Both the position numbers and the translations under genes were made by a program. DNA of 62,274 bases, counting the filler, from Basidiobolus ranarum (taxonomy: Eukaryota): the NCBI GenBank assembly GCA_040143965.1. It is 5 parts of 5 records of this genome, joined end to end, with 100 filler letters (N's around TTAATTAATTAA, not from the genome) between each part and the next. Parts side by side here need not be neighbours in the genome. Positions count along the whole stretch, not along the records: positions 1 to 12,388 come from JASJQH010007421.1; positions 12,489 to 24,874 come from JASJQH010007422.1; 3 more parts are not named here. The stretch is one strand, 5' to 3'. The notes below the pieces were generated by a model. The model did not search any database. It was not told the DNA's origin and worked only from the letters and a program-made list of their open reading frames with translations. Below are positions 1 through 13,617 of this stretch, piece by piece. How positions within the stretch are numbered: the stretch's first letter is position 1; every line of letters starts with the position of its first letter.

Positions 1-1
1 A

Positions 2-2535
2 AGTAGACTAGTAGTCTCACGCGCTGTAAAACAAATCACTCCAAAGCGTAAACAAATCTCCAGTTCATCTCAATCTTCTTGTGAAGGAGGCTCTGAGGAG
101 GAATCAACTTTGGATCAACGCTGTCCATCCGATTTTGAGGTTGAAGAGGATGGCGAGCAAACTGTGAATGGAAAGCGTAAGAAGTTAAGAAGTACGGTGG
201 AGACACCTCGAACACCTTTATCCTTCAAAGCAGTTGGTAATGAGCATAATCGTGATACACCTACTCCACGTTCAGCTGGTTCTAGCGTTCTCTGCAAAGC
301 ATTCCGAGTGCCCACCATGAAAAATGGAAACCCGTCTATGGACCCAAGTCAGCGCCTTCGTCCACTAACATTGGGAGTGCGTAGAAGGCCCGCGGTTATG
401 TGTCGCCCGCTTCATGACCCAGAAGAAGAGGGGGCACTTATATTGTATGTTCCACCTGTTTTAAGCTTAACTGAACAGCTGGAGCAACTCAAAAGTCATG
501 CAAAAACAGAGGAGCCTGAATCAAAAACATCGTCTGCAAAACAGCCACCACTACGAGTTCATGTTGTGGTTGATCCCAAGTTAACGAAAGTATTGAGACC
601 GCATCAAGTTGAAGGTGTAAGATTTTTGTATGAGTGTGTCACCGGACAAAGAGTTGAAGATGCATATGGTTGTATTATGGCAGATGAAATGGGTCTTGGA
701 AAAACTCTTCAATGCATTACTTTATTATGGACTTTAATACGACAATCACCAGATGCTGGAAAGCCTACAATTGATAAGTGTATCATTGTTTGTCCTAGTA
801 GTCTAGTCCGGAACTGGGCGAACGAATTAGGTACTGCAATATTAATACATTTCGTATTTATGTTTTCTAACCTAAACATTCTCAAGTCAAATGGCTAGGT
901 CCCAATAGCATCAGCCCATTGGCTTGCGACGGTAAGGGCACTAAAGAGAAAATCACCCAAGAACTTCAGAAATTCGTATCTGGCCGCGGGCGTATGAATG
1001 TATATCCCGTAGTCATCATCTCTTAAGAAACACTCCGCCTAACCGCACCGTTACTTCAAAAAACCCCACTCGGGCTTCTGCTTTGTGATGAAGGACATCG
1101 TTTAAAAAACTCGAATTCGCTTACGTTCCAAGCATTAAATCTTCTCCAAGTGCAACGAAGAGTCATTTTGTCAGGCACGCCGATTCAAAATGATTTATCC
1201 GAGTATTTCAGTTTGTTAAACTTTGCAAACCCAGGGCTACTAGGATCTCCAGCAGAGTTTCGGAAAAACTACGAGAATCCTATTCTTCGTGGACGCGATG
1301 CAATGGCAACTCAGCAAGAAAGAGATGTTAGTGATCTGAAACTAACTGAGCTTTATTCGATTGCAAACAAATTTATTATTCGACGTACGAATGACTTGCT
1401 CTCGAAATATCTCCCAGTCAAATACGAGCATATCGTATTTTGTAAGCTTAGTACGCTTCAGTTAGATTTGTACAATCTGTTTGTCAACTCAAAATCAGTT
1501 AAGAAGCTGCTCTCTGGATCTGGGTCCCAGCCTTTGAAAGCAATCACTATGTTGAAAAAACTTTGTAATCATCCTGGGTTATTGAACTTACCTAAAGATT
1601 TGGAGGGTTCCCAAGAGATATTGCCTCATAATTATTCCAATCAAACAGTCGATGCTCAGCTATCGGGGAAGATGCTGGTTCTTGAGCGAATGCTAATCAA
1701 CATTAAGAACAAAACTGACGACAAGATTGTACTTATTAGTAATTATACGCAAACTCTAGATATATTTGAAAAGATGTGCCGGTCTAGAAGGTTAGTCTGG
1801 TTTTGAACTCGGTTTAGCCATTGCATGTTATCTAATTCTTCAATTTCTATTCTAGTTTTCAATTCTTGAGGCTTGATGGTTCTATGACGATTTCCAAAAG
1901 ACAACAATTAGTAGACAAGTTCAATAATCCTCAAGGCCCAGAATTTGTCTTTCTTCTCAGTAGTAAGGCTGGTGGTTGTGGTCTCAACTTGATTGGTGCT
2001 AACCGTTTAGTTCTTTTCGATCCTGACTGGTACGTCTGAATCTCTGTTATAATGTTTCCGAATTTCGTCTTAACTTAATTGCCTTCACAGGAACCCGGCC
2101 TCAGATCAACAGGCACTAGCCCGTGTATGGCGAGACGGTCAGAAGAAGGATTGTTTTATATATCGATTCATCGCTACTGGATCGATTGAAGAAAAGATTT
2201 TCCAGCGCCAATCGCATAAGCAGTCGCTAAGCAGTTGTGTCGTAGATGAGGAAGAAAATGTGCAGAGACATTTCTCATCGGAAAACTTGAGACAACTATT
2301 TAAACTAAACGGCGAAACTATGTCAGAAACACACGACACTTACAAATGTCGGAGATGCCTGAAAGGCCGTCAACATCAAAATGCCACTGAACCCATGTCA
2401 TATGGTGATAGTTCATCATGGGATCACTTCAGTGAATTAGAATGGATGAAGGTTTACGACACTATACTCAGAGAAGCTGGAAAGGGAACAGCCTCTTACG
2501 CTTTCCAATACAAATCCCAAAGATTGGGTACATGA
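2..2535 (+). CDS. RAD54: DNA repair/recombination SNF2-family ATPase Rad54 (5' partial; in-frame TAA at 1024-1026)
   Basis: The frame is open from the window edge. Exons are about 2-830, 887-1790, 1856-2029 and 2091-2535. Motifs: [112 protein letters not shown]. One premature stop reads PVVIIS*ETLR. Confidence 0.95.
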
Positions 2536-2865
2536 ACTCTAAGGTTCTATTAACATTATTACATTACCGTTTGGTTGGCATATGTCATATAGTTTAACAT
2601 AGATGATTCAATTTGGTCCACCTTCACGCCACATTACTTTGTACAGCTTTAAAACATCGTTGAAAATGACATTGATTTACCTTCATATCCTGTAATAGTA
2701 TCGTTTATTATAAACATATGGTGAATCGATTCAAATGCTGTCAAGGCTCCTTATTTTAGTTTTGTAATTTATTCAATGAAAGAGATTATTGACGACCATA
2801 TTTCGAAATCTATAACTAAGTAATCAAGAGAGGCTACGTATATTCAATGGAATGAAAACATCATA

Positions 2866-5800
2866 TCAACTGATAATCTCTAAGATAGCAGGACGACAGG
2901 ACATGTTGGTGGTTCCTCTTATTAAGATAAATTGTTTGAGAGTTCTTGGTTGACTGCATGAAACAACGAAGTTAGCGAAAATAAAGACATCTGCGAATCA
3001 TGAAGATTTACCTTTTTTCCGCCTGATAAAGCTTATGAAGTCCAGCTGTTGAGCAGCATCCAATGGCAAATCCATGGCCCTGTGTGAAAGAATATTGCCC
3101 ACTAGTAATGTATCCAATGATTGATTCTGAAGAGGGAACTGAATTTGGCTAATTTCAAATTGTCAAATTAATACGTGATGGAGATAAAGAAATGGAGTAT
3201 AGATTGAACTCACGATAGGATTTTCTCGAGCAAATTGCTCCTTCTTTTTTAAAGAAAGGTACTTATTCCAAGTATCATAATCCGAATCAGATGGGACATA
3301 AATTAAAGAATGAGACCCAGGTGCTCCACGGTCTAACATTTTGATTCTTACACAGACTACTGCTCTCTGTGCATCGGGGGCTTCATCCAACTTTATACAC
3401 CTAGTCTCACCTGCGCTAACAACATTTTCGAGTAGGTTTTTGTTGATAATATCAAATGAAGTATTCACATTGGACTCTTCGAATCCACTTTGTAGTAAGT
3501 TCATTGCTTTTTTTCCTCGAAGTATCCAAAGTTTATCCTTAGACGTAGGTTGCTTACTACCCACCAGTAAATGGAAGGGTGCTTCAAATGGATGTTCGAT
3601 CTTGAGCTTCTCATAATTAGGTCTTTTGGCGGGGGGTTTTCTATTGAATACTTCTTCCGATTTGGCTTTTTGTTGGTCGCTGTATTCGCGGTAAGCCTTT
3701 GTTCCAGGATAATCGTAGGGGAAACAGGGAAGACCAGCTTCGAAATGCATGGCGTAACGTTCACGAAGTCCTAAAACAGGAGAAAAGTTATGGAGCTGAG
3801 AGGATAAAGCATGTAGGTAAAATATGACCAACCGCCAAATCGAGCACCGGCAAAAATAAATGATTTCCAAAAGGCCATTCCCCAACCTGAAGGGATAATC
3901 AGATTCCATCCATTACTCCATTCTGGAGAAGACAAAGAATCAGCTGAGGAAGTCAACCCATTTCTTTGAATCAATAATATAGGGATCTTCGCATCAGAAC
4001 TTTGTGCCTTCAATTTGGTTCCAGGAATTAGATTCTATAAAAAACGTTAAAAATTAAAACAAATAATGCATCATGACGATTAGTTTTGACAGTACATTGT
4101 TTCGACGTTCATTCAATTGTGCCTCGGAAGCCATTTCAGAAATCAGTTTTTTTCTGATCTCAGCACTCCAGATGTCTGAAGCTGCCACATTATCAGGCCA
4201 TTCACTGAGTAATTGATTGAGGTTACTATCAGCTTCCGGTAAGATATCACCAGATCGGGAGTTTACTTTTTGAGGGAATCTAGGAAGCGGTAAGAAACTT
4301 GCGTCAGAGAGACTTACTATCAGAAATGGTCCTCTATTACTTACTTAAGGCGGGGGTCATCTACTACAAGGCCGAGAACGATGCCAGGTGGGAGAGAAGA
4401 GGTTGAGCGAAGGTAAGACATTTTTTTCCAAGCCTAGATTCAGTATATGCTTTAGGTCAAAGATCGAAGATACGAGCATTATAAAATTCATACCTCTGCG
4501 CTTGGACTTTCGTTAGATACTGAAAAAACGGCGTCAAGAAGTGCTTGAGATCTTGGGCCCGTCAATTCAAATTGAACCAGCTCATCTCGAAGATCTTGAA
4601 CAATAACGTCTAACAAGTTGGCGCATTAATAAGATTACATCGCATGACAATCGAGAGTATCAATCAACCTTTAGACAACTTCAATTGCTCAATAGCATCC
4701 ATAACCGTTTCATAACTTTCATCATAAGTAGATGGATGTACCCACATCCATACGAATCTTTCTTCAGGATCCTCAGCAACAGGGCGCCAAACTAGCGTGC
4801 CAGGGCATATAGCAGCTGAAGGATAACTCATAAATTTGTACAAAAAGGTAGAGCACTGGCGCTTTCCAGTGCTAAATCTAATTCCACCAGCTGATGGGCC
4901 ATTGGGATCGGTAAGGGAATTTAGAATTTGAGTTATTCCCTTCTCCGAACCTGAAAGCTGGATGCAACCAAAATATGAAGCATCATGAATCAATGACAAA
5001 TATGAACTCGCTTTGTAAGAGCTTCGAATGCTCTTTTCATTTGGATGCTCGGCCTAAAGTTAGTTTTAAAAAGGTTAGAAACAATGGAGATCTTTCTTAT
5101 GATTGGAAACGGTATATATATTACAAGCTTATATCCCCATTTCTCCACAATTTTGGCTCTCTTTGAATGCCAAATATGCGTTTCGAGCCATCTCTTGTTT
5201 GCTAGAGATGTTATGTTAGAGTTGTTACATTTGTAAAACCTACATCTTATACATGTACCTTGTCTTCGCTTGTATTCATCCATTATCGATCCTGGTCGTC
5301 TCTTTTTACGTCTGCTAGGTCCTTTTTTACTAATTGTATTATCGTTTGCCATCTAAGTACAGATATCCATTGAGAAAAAGCTCGAACAATTTGGTTGACT
5401 AGGAAAATGGGCAAAATAATTACTTCTCTTAATGCCTTTTCTCTTAATCTAACAGGGAGTCGTTTAACATTATGACTAGCTGCTCTTCTACGAAGATGCC
5501 GAGGAAGACTTTGAAAAGCACGTTGAACAGCACCTTCCCTATAACATATGGATATTTAAATACATATATAAATATATGATTAGATTGATTTTAAAGAACC
5601 CACTTAGAACGACGGATAGCATTTTGCATAGCATTGATTTCAAAAGAACGGGCCTAAAAATCCAAATCAACTTGCTTAAAACAAATACACTCTTGATTGA
5701 GAAATGTTTAAACCCACAGACGAGTTAGTAACTGACCTCAGCAAAATCAACTACGTCGATAGTTCGGGGTGCTCTTCCTATTTGAGTCTCAATTCTCCTT

Positions 5801-5958
5801 GATTCCTGATTACGTGCTGAAAATTCAAATTTTACGTGGTAAATTTGAGGCCATTCAGATTTTTGAACGGAATTAAAAAAATCACCTCTTTTTTTTTCTC
5901 TTCCCGTCAACTCCGATGGATTGACATTTCTTTTGTTTCCTCGTATTTCGTCGGACAT
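2866..5958 (-). CDS. POP1: RNase P/MRP protein subunit Pop1 (multi-exon)
   Basis: Motifs: [109 protein letters not shown] at 5958; the last exon ends [13 protein letters not shown] at 2866. Confidence 0.93.
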
Positions 5959-7006
5959 GTCTAAACGTGATAAAGAGACCAAGTATGGAGACCGGTACTC
6001 TTAATCTATTTTTTACTTAGCGATATTTTTAATCAATCCGAATCTTGGTATGGTTTTGATTTTTCAAGTAAAAATGCACCGTATCTGCTGAAGTAACGAA
6101 AATCTTTTTTTCCTTGGATCAGCCTGGTGGATCTGAAATCAGCCTTAAAATGGTTAGTTCTAAACCGGTAACGGTTTCAATTGTAAAAAATAAATAGCGA
6201 AATATTGTCTCTCAATAACAATATATTTATCGCACTTCAGCATCGATAGAACTTCAGCTAGTAACTAGATATCATCACGTGATACCAATATGTTTTATAT
6301 TTCTGAATGTATGTTGAAATCTTGGAGAATCGTCCCCAACCGGATCCTTTTATAGTTACAGCGTAGAACGACTGTTGCTGTATTAACAATAATATATTAC
6401 AGCGCTAGATATCCAAGGATTGTTCTATATTTGAAGACATTGAAGACATTCTAGCAAGGTAGCTGCGAGGTTGTTTTCGTGTACGAGAAATATGGAATTT
6501 CATGGATGAGATCCATATTGGTGCTGAGCGATATACGATTTGACAGCTTGTCCCTATACAGGAATCCATCATTAGATAATGAGCTAAATGGCTATAGCAG
6601 AAACCACCACTTGATCACATTTGTAGGATACACCGGTATTGCGATAATTTACGACAAACATTTCGTCAGGATCGGCTGCCGAGAAACATGTACAGAATCC
6701 AGATAATCGTCAAGTAGAAAGTTATCTTCGCTGTGTCCGTTTCCCTGATTCTGAGGCTTATCAACATCAATTCAAATCCTTGAAAAGTTTCAGTATTGAT
6801 CTTCGACACGAAAACTGCTGCAGATATCTATATCAAGTCTACACTTCAATTTTATGCTACAAACAATGAGGCCAGTTTAATTGGGTCTGATTCTATCTAC
6901 AAAATCGTCAATACCATTCAAAAATTCAGAAATGCAATTTTGAAGATTCAGCTTTAACTTTTCCTTAGACAAGGTATATAATCAAATATATCAAATACAA
7001 ACTCAA

Positions 7007-10000
7007 ATGAGCATCGCCGAAGTACGTACTGGATTGGCTTCGCTTCGAACACAAATAAGCAGCCCACAAGTAACCTTGCCCATAATACGAGACTGTTTAA
7101 GAGAACCGCTGGAATTTTTAAATTCAACTAAAAAACCTACCAATGTAGCTCTAAAATATCTACCAATCCCAAATCCCTCACTTCAAAAGTATTTCTTAGA
7201 TCGTTTACTTCCTGGGTTTCAAGATTTTCTTTTGGAAAATATCGTAGAAAACTGGTTGGTTATTTTTGATGATGCAGAGAGAAAAGCCATATTTGATAGT
7301 TACTTTGTTGGGTTAGACGGCGGAAAGGAGTTCAATCAAATTATTGCTTTCTATGCTGTTCAACGACTAGTAAAGATTATCAGCAATAATACAACTCCTC
7401 TCCATACACACGTAATCACGACTGTCATCCGATTGCTACGTACTATATTTTCTCGCTTCACAATTCTGAACTTCTTGCAAGTCCTTCAAGAAGATTTTGA
7501 CAAAAGTAGAGAAAAAATTCGCTGGCTACAATACAAAGATTTTATTAGCCTAATATGTTCCATACCTACCAGGATGGGAAATTTGCTGAGCGGGAATATA
7601 CCTGAGTTGTTCCGTTCTGAGTATCTTTTTTAATAAGTTGCAGATTAGTAAGATTTACAAACATATGAAATGCCTTAACTTTATGACTATACAAGTATTT
7701 TTATAACGAAGCTCTTGGAGCAATCCGATGAGGCAATAGCCTGGTATGCAAAGCAGGACCTCACTGGTATGTTGATTTCTGATGTTCTAGCTTCATATTC
7801 GTGTAGTGCTGAATTATCTTTATCTTAGTCAACCAGGCTACCTGGATAGGTCAATGTATTGGTGAACTTTACCAAAAAACAGGACGTCTTGGTTATGGAA
7901 GTAAGTCCATTTCTCACAACTGCTATCCATCTTTTCCAAATAGGTTACTAAAGAGGATATTTGGAATTTGTTTATTCAGAGCTTTTTGGTGCTTCTCTCT
8001 ATACGTATTTAAGGCGAAATCTTCAAAGCAGTTATTCCAATAATTATCGAGCCATATACGAAAAAGTTCTAATCAACATGAATGAGTTAGAGATAGACAA
8101 ATTCATGGATTCATTACTGCGGTCTTCAGTTCGACAAGAAATAGGACTAGAACCTCCTCATGGTACGCTTATTATTCAAATACTCGTCCATTTGATCCTA
8201 CTGACTATTGTTGATTAGAGCGAACTAGCCTCGAAGCTACCAACATATCGATCACACGAGTAGCAAAGTTCTTTCATAGCTTTTTACGAAGATTTTTGTT
8301 CGAACAGAACTTACGAGAGGATGAGATGCTTTGTTCTATGAACATCAAATTTTTATTTACTGAGAAGTACCTCATCAATCGTACATTTGAAAGTGAGATT
8401 TTGCGAGCTCAAATATGTATACTATCTGGATACCCCGATATCACCCCCAGTGCAGGTAACTCCATTGTAGAAAAGTGGTCCAGACCAACATCTAATGAGA
8501 CCTGTTAGCAAAACCACTTCTCAATAGTACATTCAAAAAGCTACTAAAAACCTGGGCCGACCCGATCTTTATACAACATGGTTCAATGGAGCAACATTTA
8601 TGTAAGAAACCTTGGGGATTCCTCTTAGATCATCAGATTCTGTGTGAATTACCATCGTCTGACCGTTTCTTCAGATATCACGAAAGCAATATTGATCTCT
8701 TTAGGCTACTACGATCCATCGGAGATTGAGAAACTAAATGTTCTAAGCATATTTATGCCTGGAGTTACCCGATACTTGGAAAGCACTAATACATCAATAC
8801 GTAAATACGGAATGGTAAAGTTATGTATACATTGATTGCATCTGCTCTATTTGTTCATTCCAAGTATATTCTGAACAGGTAACTGCTGAGTTGTTTGCTA
8901 AACGGATTGGCACCAACGAAGCACAAACAAAACCATTGGACTTCGGGTTAGATGAGAGTGATCCAGATATACAAATGCTCAGAAAGTTAACTGAGTTTCC
9001 TGATGGTTTGATTCCAGAGCGAGGTTCAAGTGAATTTTCTTTTTACCAGATCAACTCTACTTCGTCGAATTCATATCTCATACCGTTTCTTCTGCAGCAG
9101 AACCAGAAGAGTTACAAAACACCGAGGAAGACTTGTCTAGTGAGAAAAGCGCTAGTATTGAGGACAATTCGGATGATGAGTGGGACCCTGATAGTGCTGA
9201 TATCCTTGAATTGACTACAGGTAATTTCTCAATAGTCGCGTTCGATGTTTCTTGTCCTAACTCTCTTGATATATTCAGGCTCAGATTCAGACGAAGCCGA
9301 GGATGATGATGATGATTTAGAGCCTTACCCCATGGATTCTGAGGATGAGGATGAAGGTGATGGCAAGAGCAAGTTGAAAAAGCCCAAGTAACTTATAAAC
9401 TAGTATGACTCGAATCTTTCCTAGGCTAAACCATTTTCTCTTGAACTAAGATATCTGTCTGAGTGCTTGAGTTATCTAAAAGCTGACGAAGAGCCGGATA
9501 AAATCGAAAATGGTTTAGATACGGCTGTTGAAATTATACTGAATGCTACCGAGCATGAACTAAGTAAACTGACAAGATGGGTACTACTTGGATAGACAAC
9601 AAAATTAACATTCTTTATAGGTGTTTACGGGCAGGAGTTTGTCAGGAAACTTCTGAGAATTCAAGACACTTATGAGCTATCGGGCTTTGAAAAAAACCGC
9701 ACTCACGCTTTGGTTACTTTGATAGTCATGTGCCCAAATGTTACTAATAACTACCTTATAGAGCAGTTCTATGAGCGTGATTATTCAATGTCCCAACGCT
9801 TTTTGATACTTAACTGCTTAGTGTTAGCAGCGCAAGAGTTATCGCAAGTAACAAAAACCCCTGTAGAAGCTGATTCATCGGTAATTAATATGATTCTTTC
9901 CAAATACGCATTGGCTAAACTATTGATGTTTAGAGCAAGCATGATAAAACTATCGAATATGGTGGGGAAATGTTGGATTCTATAATAGAAGACATCCAGA

Positions 10001-10755
10001 AAATAGGCATCGGGAATGGAAAAAACAGGTGGGCTTCAAGGCGTCAAGAGGTTGAGAGACGTAGGGGTCCTCCCAGTAAGAACAGATTTGCTCAGGTAGC
10101 TGGAAGATGGTTCTTTTTCGCTATAATACATGGAGTAGGTCCATCCGCAAGGTACTCTATTGATTCAAATATCTACATATTTGGAATGAACCTACTGACC
10201 GGCATCAATATTTTCAGCGATATATTTAATATTCTTGGACACCCGGTTCTATTAGAGAAATTTGTTACCGCATTAGCAACGCTTCTTTATCTTTCAGGTT
10301 AGTACACTCGTAAAAAGAGTATTCTATTCTGATGACTTTCACACAAACTCCCTATACTAAACTCCATGATTTAAATAGTCGGGACTTTAGACTTCTCCAA
10401 GATGTGTAGGGAGTTTTGGGATTTCTCAAAGTCACTCAAGTATTACTCTCATGAGGGAGTAATATCCGGTGTGATTTTTGGTTTGCTGGTTATTGCAACA
10501 GTTTTACCTGGAAACACTTTAGTTCAGGAATATCCCAGAGAATTGAGCGAAACGAAAGAGTGGGCAAGCGGTAAGTAGAGACCATGACTTTCGATTGTAA
10601 TGTATGTGACCTCACCTATATTCTTTTCAGAATTATACGACAAAATCCAAAATGAAAAACTGAAATCTCAGTGCTTGGGCTTGCTGATGAAGTATCAGCA
10701 GATCGTATCTGAATACCAGAAAGAATTATTTATAGAGGCCGGCATAGTGATGTAA
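7007..10755 (+). CDS. TEL2: Telomere length regulation / TTT complex protein Tel2 (many exons)
   Basis: Hand-spliced exons stay in frame. Features: acidic DSDE..DDDDLEPYPM linker, YLSECLSYLK, LIEQFYERDYSMSQRFLILNCLVLAAQELS (Telomere_reg-2-like) and NRFAQVAGRWFF. Stop TAA at 10753-10755. Confidence 0.85.
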
Positions 10756-11578
10756 AATATAGATTATTTCTTAACAGCGATGATTGTATTGGAATTTGTT
10801 ATATTATCAAGGATATAATAAACACTAGTGAATGGACTTTAGCGCTGACAAATATTAGTGTATCATATCCTCAAACAAACCTTCAACATCATGCATAAAT
10901 AACAAGTCTTAAGGCCAAAGACTATGAAATCTTGCAAAAAATCCGAACTAGAAAATAGATACGGAGAATCGAGGGTTGCTTATGATATTAAATGCAGACT
11001 TTGTTGTTAGATCACTAGCTCCAATCGTGGGATTACAAAATGTAAGAGCTGTAGTAACGAACTAGGGACGTTAGAAATCTATGTTAGGCTGTATTTGTAA
11101 CACTTCGATAACTCAAACAAGCCAACCAATCTAGACCATGTAAGAGCAACCGTGAAGGTCAACTTCCTGGCTTTGAGCATTCCATGTTAAAGAGTCCAAA
11201 TGATGGTAGCACCGCCAGCTGGGCTCGCACTTCGCAAACTACAAATGGAAGCTTATAAAACAAATCAATACTAACGAGTCTCAAGATGAATAGCCAAGTG
11301 AACCATATATCGTCCTTCCCTTGACTGTTCTAAGCGAGGCACGATTAAAAGACTCCACCTACCTACTAGTAGCTGATCGGATTATATGTCATACTAATAT
11401 TCAAGCTTAGTATTTGATGAATGTGTTCTAAACATTTATTCCCGAGATATTTTTACATGGTTTCAGATTCTCCTCCACTCGCATGTGTCCAACAATTATT
11501 TAAAAGAACCTCTAGAGACTCTGGGATGTCAACCTGGTATAGTATATCAAGGAAGAAACAGATACATCCCTCAACACA

Positions 11579-12388
11579 ATGCACTTAACTATTGCTGAAA
11601 TCACAACCTCTGCTTTCTACGCTCTTTTTATTCTGTTGTTTTTTCAACGAATCTATGGCCAAGAGAATGGTCAAAATACTATCAACGAAACGGAAATTGA
11701 CGACGAGCAAATAAATCAAGCATTGGAGTTGGCCAGGGCGCTACTAAGCAGTGAAGAGGCTCAAAAAGCCCAAGAGAATTCCTTACCTAACAAGCCTATT
11801 GAAGCATCATATCCGAGGCAAAATGAACTAAAGAGGCAGGAATATTCATCAGTAGGCTTTCCACAAGAACAGATACGTACATTCTCTAATGACGAGAGAT
11901 CTGGACCAGAACAACCTGAACAGCTACCTGAATACGAGCAAAGACCCTACCCATACAGGGAACCTTTTCCTGGCCCCACTTACCCGCGCCCTCCTCCTAG
12001 ACCAATTTTACCAAATCAAGCTAATTTTTACTACCCAAAGTCAATAATGTATCAGCGCCAAAGCCAACAACCACCATACTTTGGAGGTCAAACCTATAAC
12101 CCCCCTTCATATTATCCTAATTATTCCCCATTTAATCCACCTGGGGAGATGTACCGTTCGCTGACTCCATACAGAGACTATCCTATCTACCCAAGTGTCA
12201 ATTATGAAAGTATAAATAATCCGCGAACTTACGATGAAAACTCTTCTTCGAGATTAATTCAGTCAATATCGACACTGCGACAAGAAGTTAGAAGGCTCAA
12301 ACTGAACAATAGACTGGCCAAACAAACAGTAGAAGACCTACAGAAAGCTACTCGAGATGTCGAAGAACTTAAAGCGATGGTGAAGCGG
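11579..12388 (+). CDS. Putative secreted Pro/Tyr/Gln-rich protein with C-terminal coiled coil (3' truncated by contig end)
   Basis: 270-codon intronless open frame with a hydrophobic N-terminus (FYALFILLFF...IYG-QE), a P/Y/Q low-complexity middle and a heptad-like end (ISTLRQEVRRLKLNNRLAKQTVEDLQKATRDVEELK). Confidence 0.7.
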
Positions 12389-12488
12389 NNNNNNNNNNNN
12401 NNNNNNNNNNNNNNNNNNNNNNNNNNNNNNNNTTAATTAATTAANNNNNNNNNNNNNNNNNNNNNNNNNNNNNNNNNNNNNNNNNNNN
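12389..12488. other. Artificial contig spacer (N44-TTAATTAATTAA-N44)
   Basis: Same 100-nt spacer occurs four times; the 12-mer gives stops in all six frames. Confidence 0.99.
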
Positions 12489-12786
12489 TATTCCCAAGAC
12501 ATATATTAGTTAGATCTGCTCTGCTGATATATCCTGCTTAAACAGTTCTAAGATTCTGCACTTAACTGTTTCTTTGGTTCAGTAAAGTTCAAGACTTTTC
12601 ATCCACTTTTCTCTTGGACACAACAGAAAGTTCTTACAAATATTACTAATTCATAATGTTGATCCAGTTTCCTCATTACTCTCAATAGTATATAAGGGAT
12701 ATTTTCAATAAGTAATTTGTGAATTATTAGGCTAAAAAGTAGCCAGTCTACTTATGGTAAAATTAAAATACTAAAAAGCTTTCAGT

Positions 12787-13145
12787 GTCTGAAGGAAAAC
12801 ATCTGCACTTGGGTTTCCCAGAGACTTACAAATGTATAAAAATTGAAAAAATATTCAATATGAGAAATTTCCTCAAATTCATAAAAATTATGAATACTAG
12901 ATTAGGCTGTGTTATAATGTTGAAAACAGTGTCTCTTCCTTAGAGGTGTCAAAGGTCAGAGAACTGACCTTTGGAAAATTTGGGCAAGCCCAATTCTTCC
13001 CATATACAAGTGACTTGAGTATATTGTGACAGAAGGGTGTACATGGGGGATTGCATCCCCCAAACCCTCTGCTTTCTTTTTATACTGGGAGGACTATATC
13101 CCCCAGACCCCCTCTTTTCATCCTTACCAGAACATCTATACCCTA
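12787..13145. repeat. Hairpin-rich dispersed repeat, copy 1
   Basis: Aligns by eye, same orientation, with 15517-15900 (shared GGTTTCCCA, AGTGTCTCTTCCT, AAGGTCAGA..CTGACCTTTGGAAA, GACAGAAGGGTGTACATGGGGGATTGCATC, CCCCAGACCCCCTCTTTTCATCCTTACC, ATCTRTACCCTA). Confidence 0.85.
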
Positions 13146-13617
13146 AGAGACTTAAGCTAGCAGAGTTCTTTAGGACATCTGCTTTGTCAGCTATAATATG
13201 CTTGAACTTAATATGCCAGAGAGTTGAGTTAACATCCATGGCTTCAATACTCAATGTTCCATAAGTTTTGATAACTATCTGTTTTTGTTGCAGTTCTTCA
13301 GGTTGCATAGCATGGTATTGTGCTTGCAAAAAGTTAACATCATCTTGAGGGATATTGATTTTTTCCATAATCTCCTCCATTCAATTGAGGATTAAACTGT
13401 GTGAAATCACTATTAAATTGGGATGCAATTCCAATGTCTCTAATATCAGACTTAATACTTGTATTGTTTTTCCTAATCCCAATGCATAAGCTGATATCAT
13501 ATTATGATTGCATGCTTTGGGCTATTTGAGCCATAGTACTCCAACTTTCTAATAATTCTTTAATTGCACCATCAAATCAGAAAAATATCTGAGTGGAGTA
13601 CTCTCTGTGTTGAACAA
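13146..13617 (-). pseudogene. Decayed SNF2-family ATPase N-lobe fragment (Q motif to motif II)
   Basis: One frame reads VQLKNY*KVGVLWLK*...MISAYALGLGKTIQVLSLI...PNLIVISHSLILN*MEEI...IVIKTYGTL...STLWHIKFKHIIADKADVLKN. This matches SNF2 YQxxGVxWL, ADxxGLGKT, LIVxPxSLxxNWxxE, ITTY and DEAHxxKN. It is cut off at repeat copy 1. Confidence 0.82.

Noticed and set aside
1024-1026. TAA reassigned to Tyr (alternative genetic code)
   Set aside because: TAA terminates SEC22, TEL2, MEX67 and others at the expected positions, and no other intact gene I translated has an internal TAA.
3341-3774. Antisense and alternate-frame ORFs overlapping POP1 (and similar ones over other genes)
   Set aside because: Shadow ORFs of real exons with no independent coding signal.
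6479-6870. Short ORFs between POP1 and TEL2
   Set aside because: No recognisable motif, no consistent start or splice model.
2-10755. RAD54-POP1-TEL2 as a telomere or genome-maintenance gene cluster
   Set aside because: Three housekeeping genes with no shared regulatory evidence; chance adjacency is sufficient. PIF1 is on a different contig.
12433-12444. Palindromic TTAATTAATTAA recurring every ~12.4 kb as a biological repeat or array
   Set aside because: Always centred in N44 runs; it is a six-frame-stop linker added when contigs were concatenated.
12949-13380. 143-aa ORF as an intact gene
   Set aside because: It is a chimera of the SNF2 relic (after an in-frame TGA) and read-through into the repeat.
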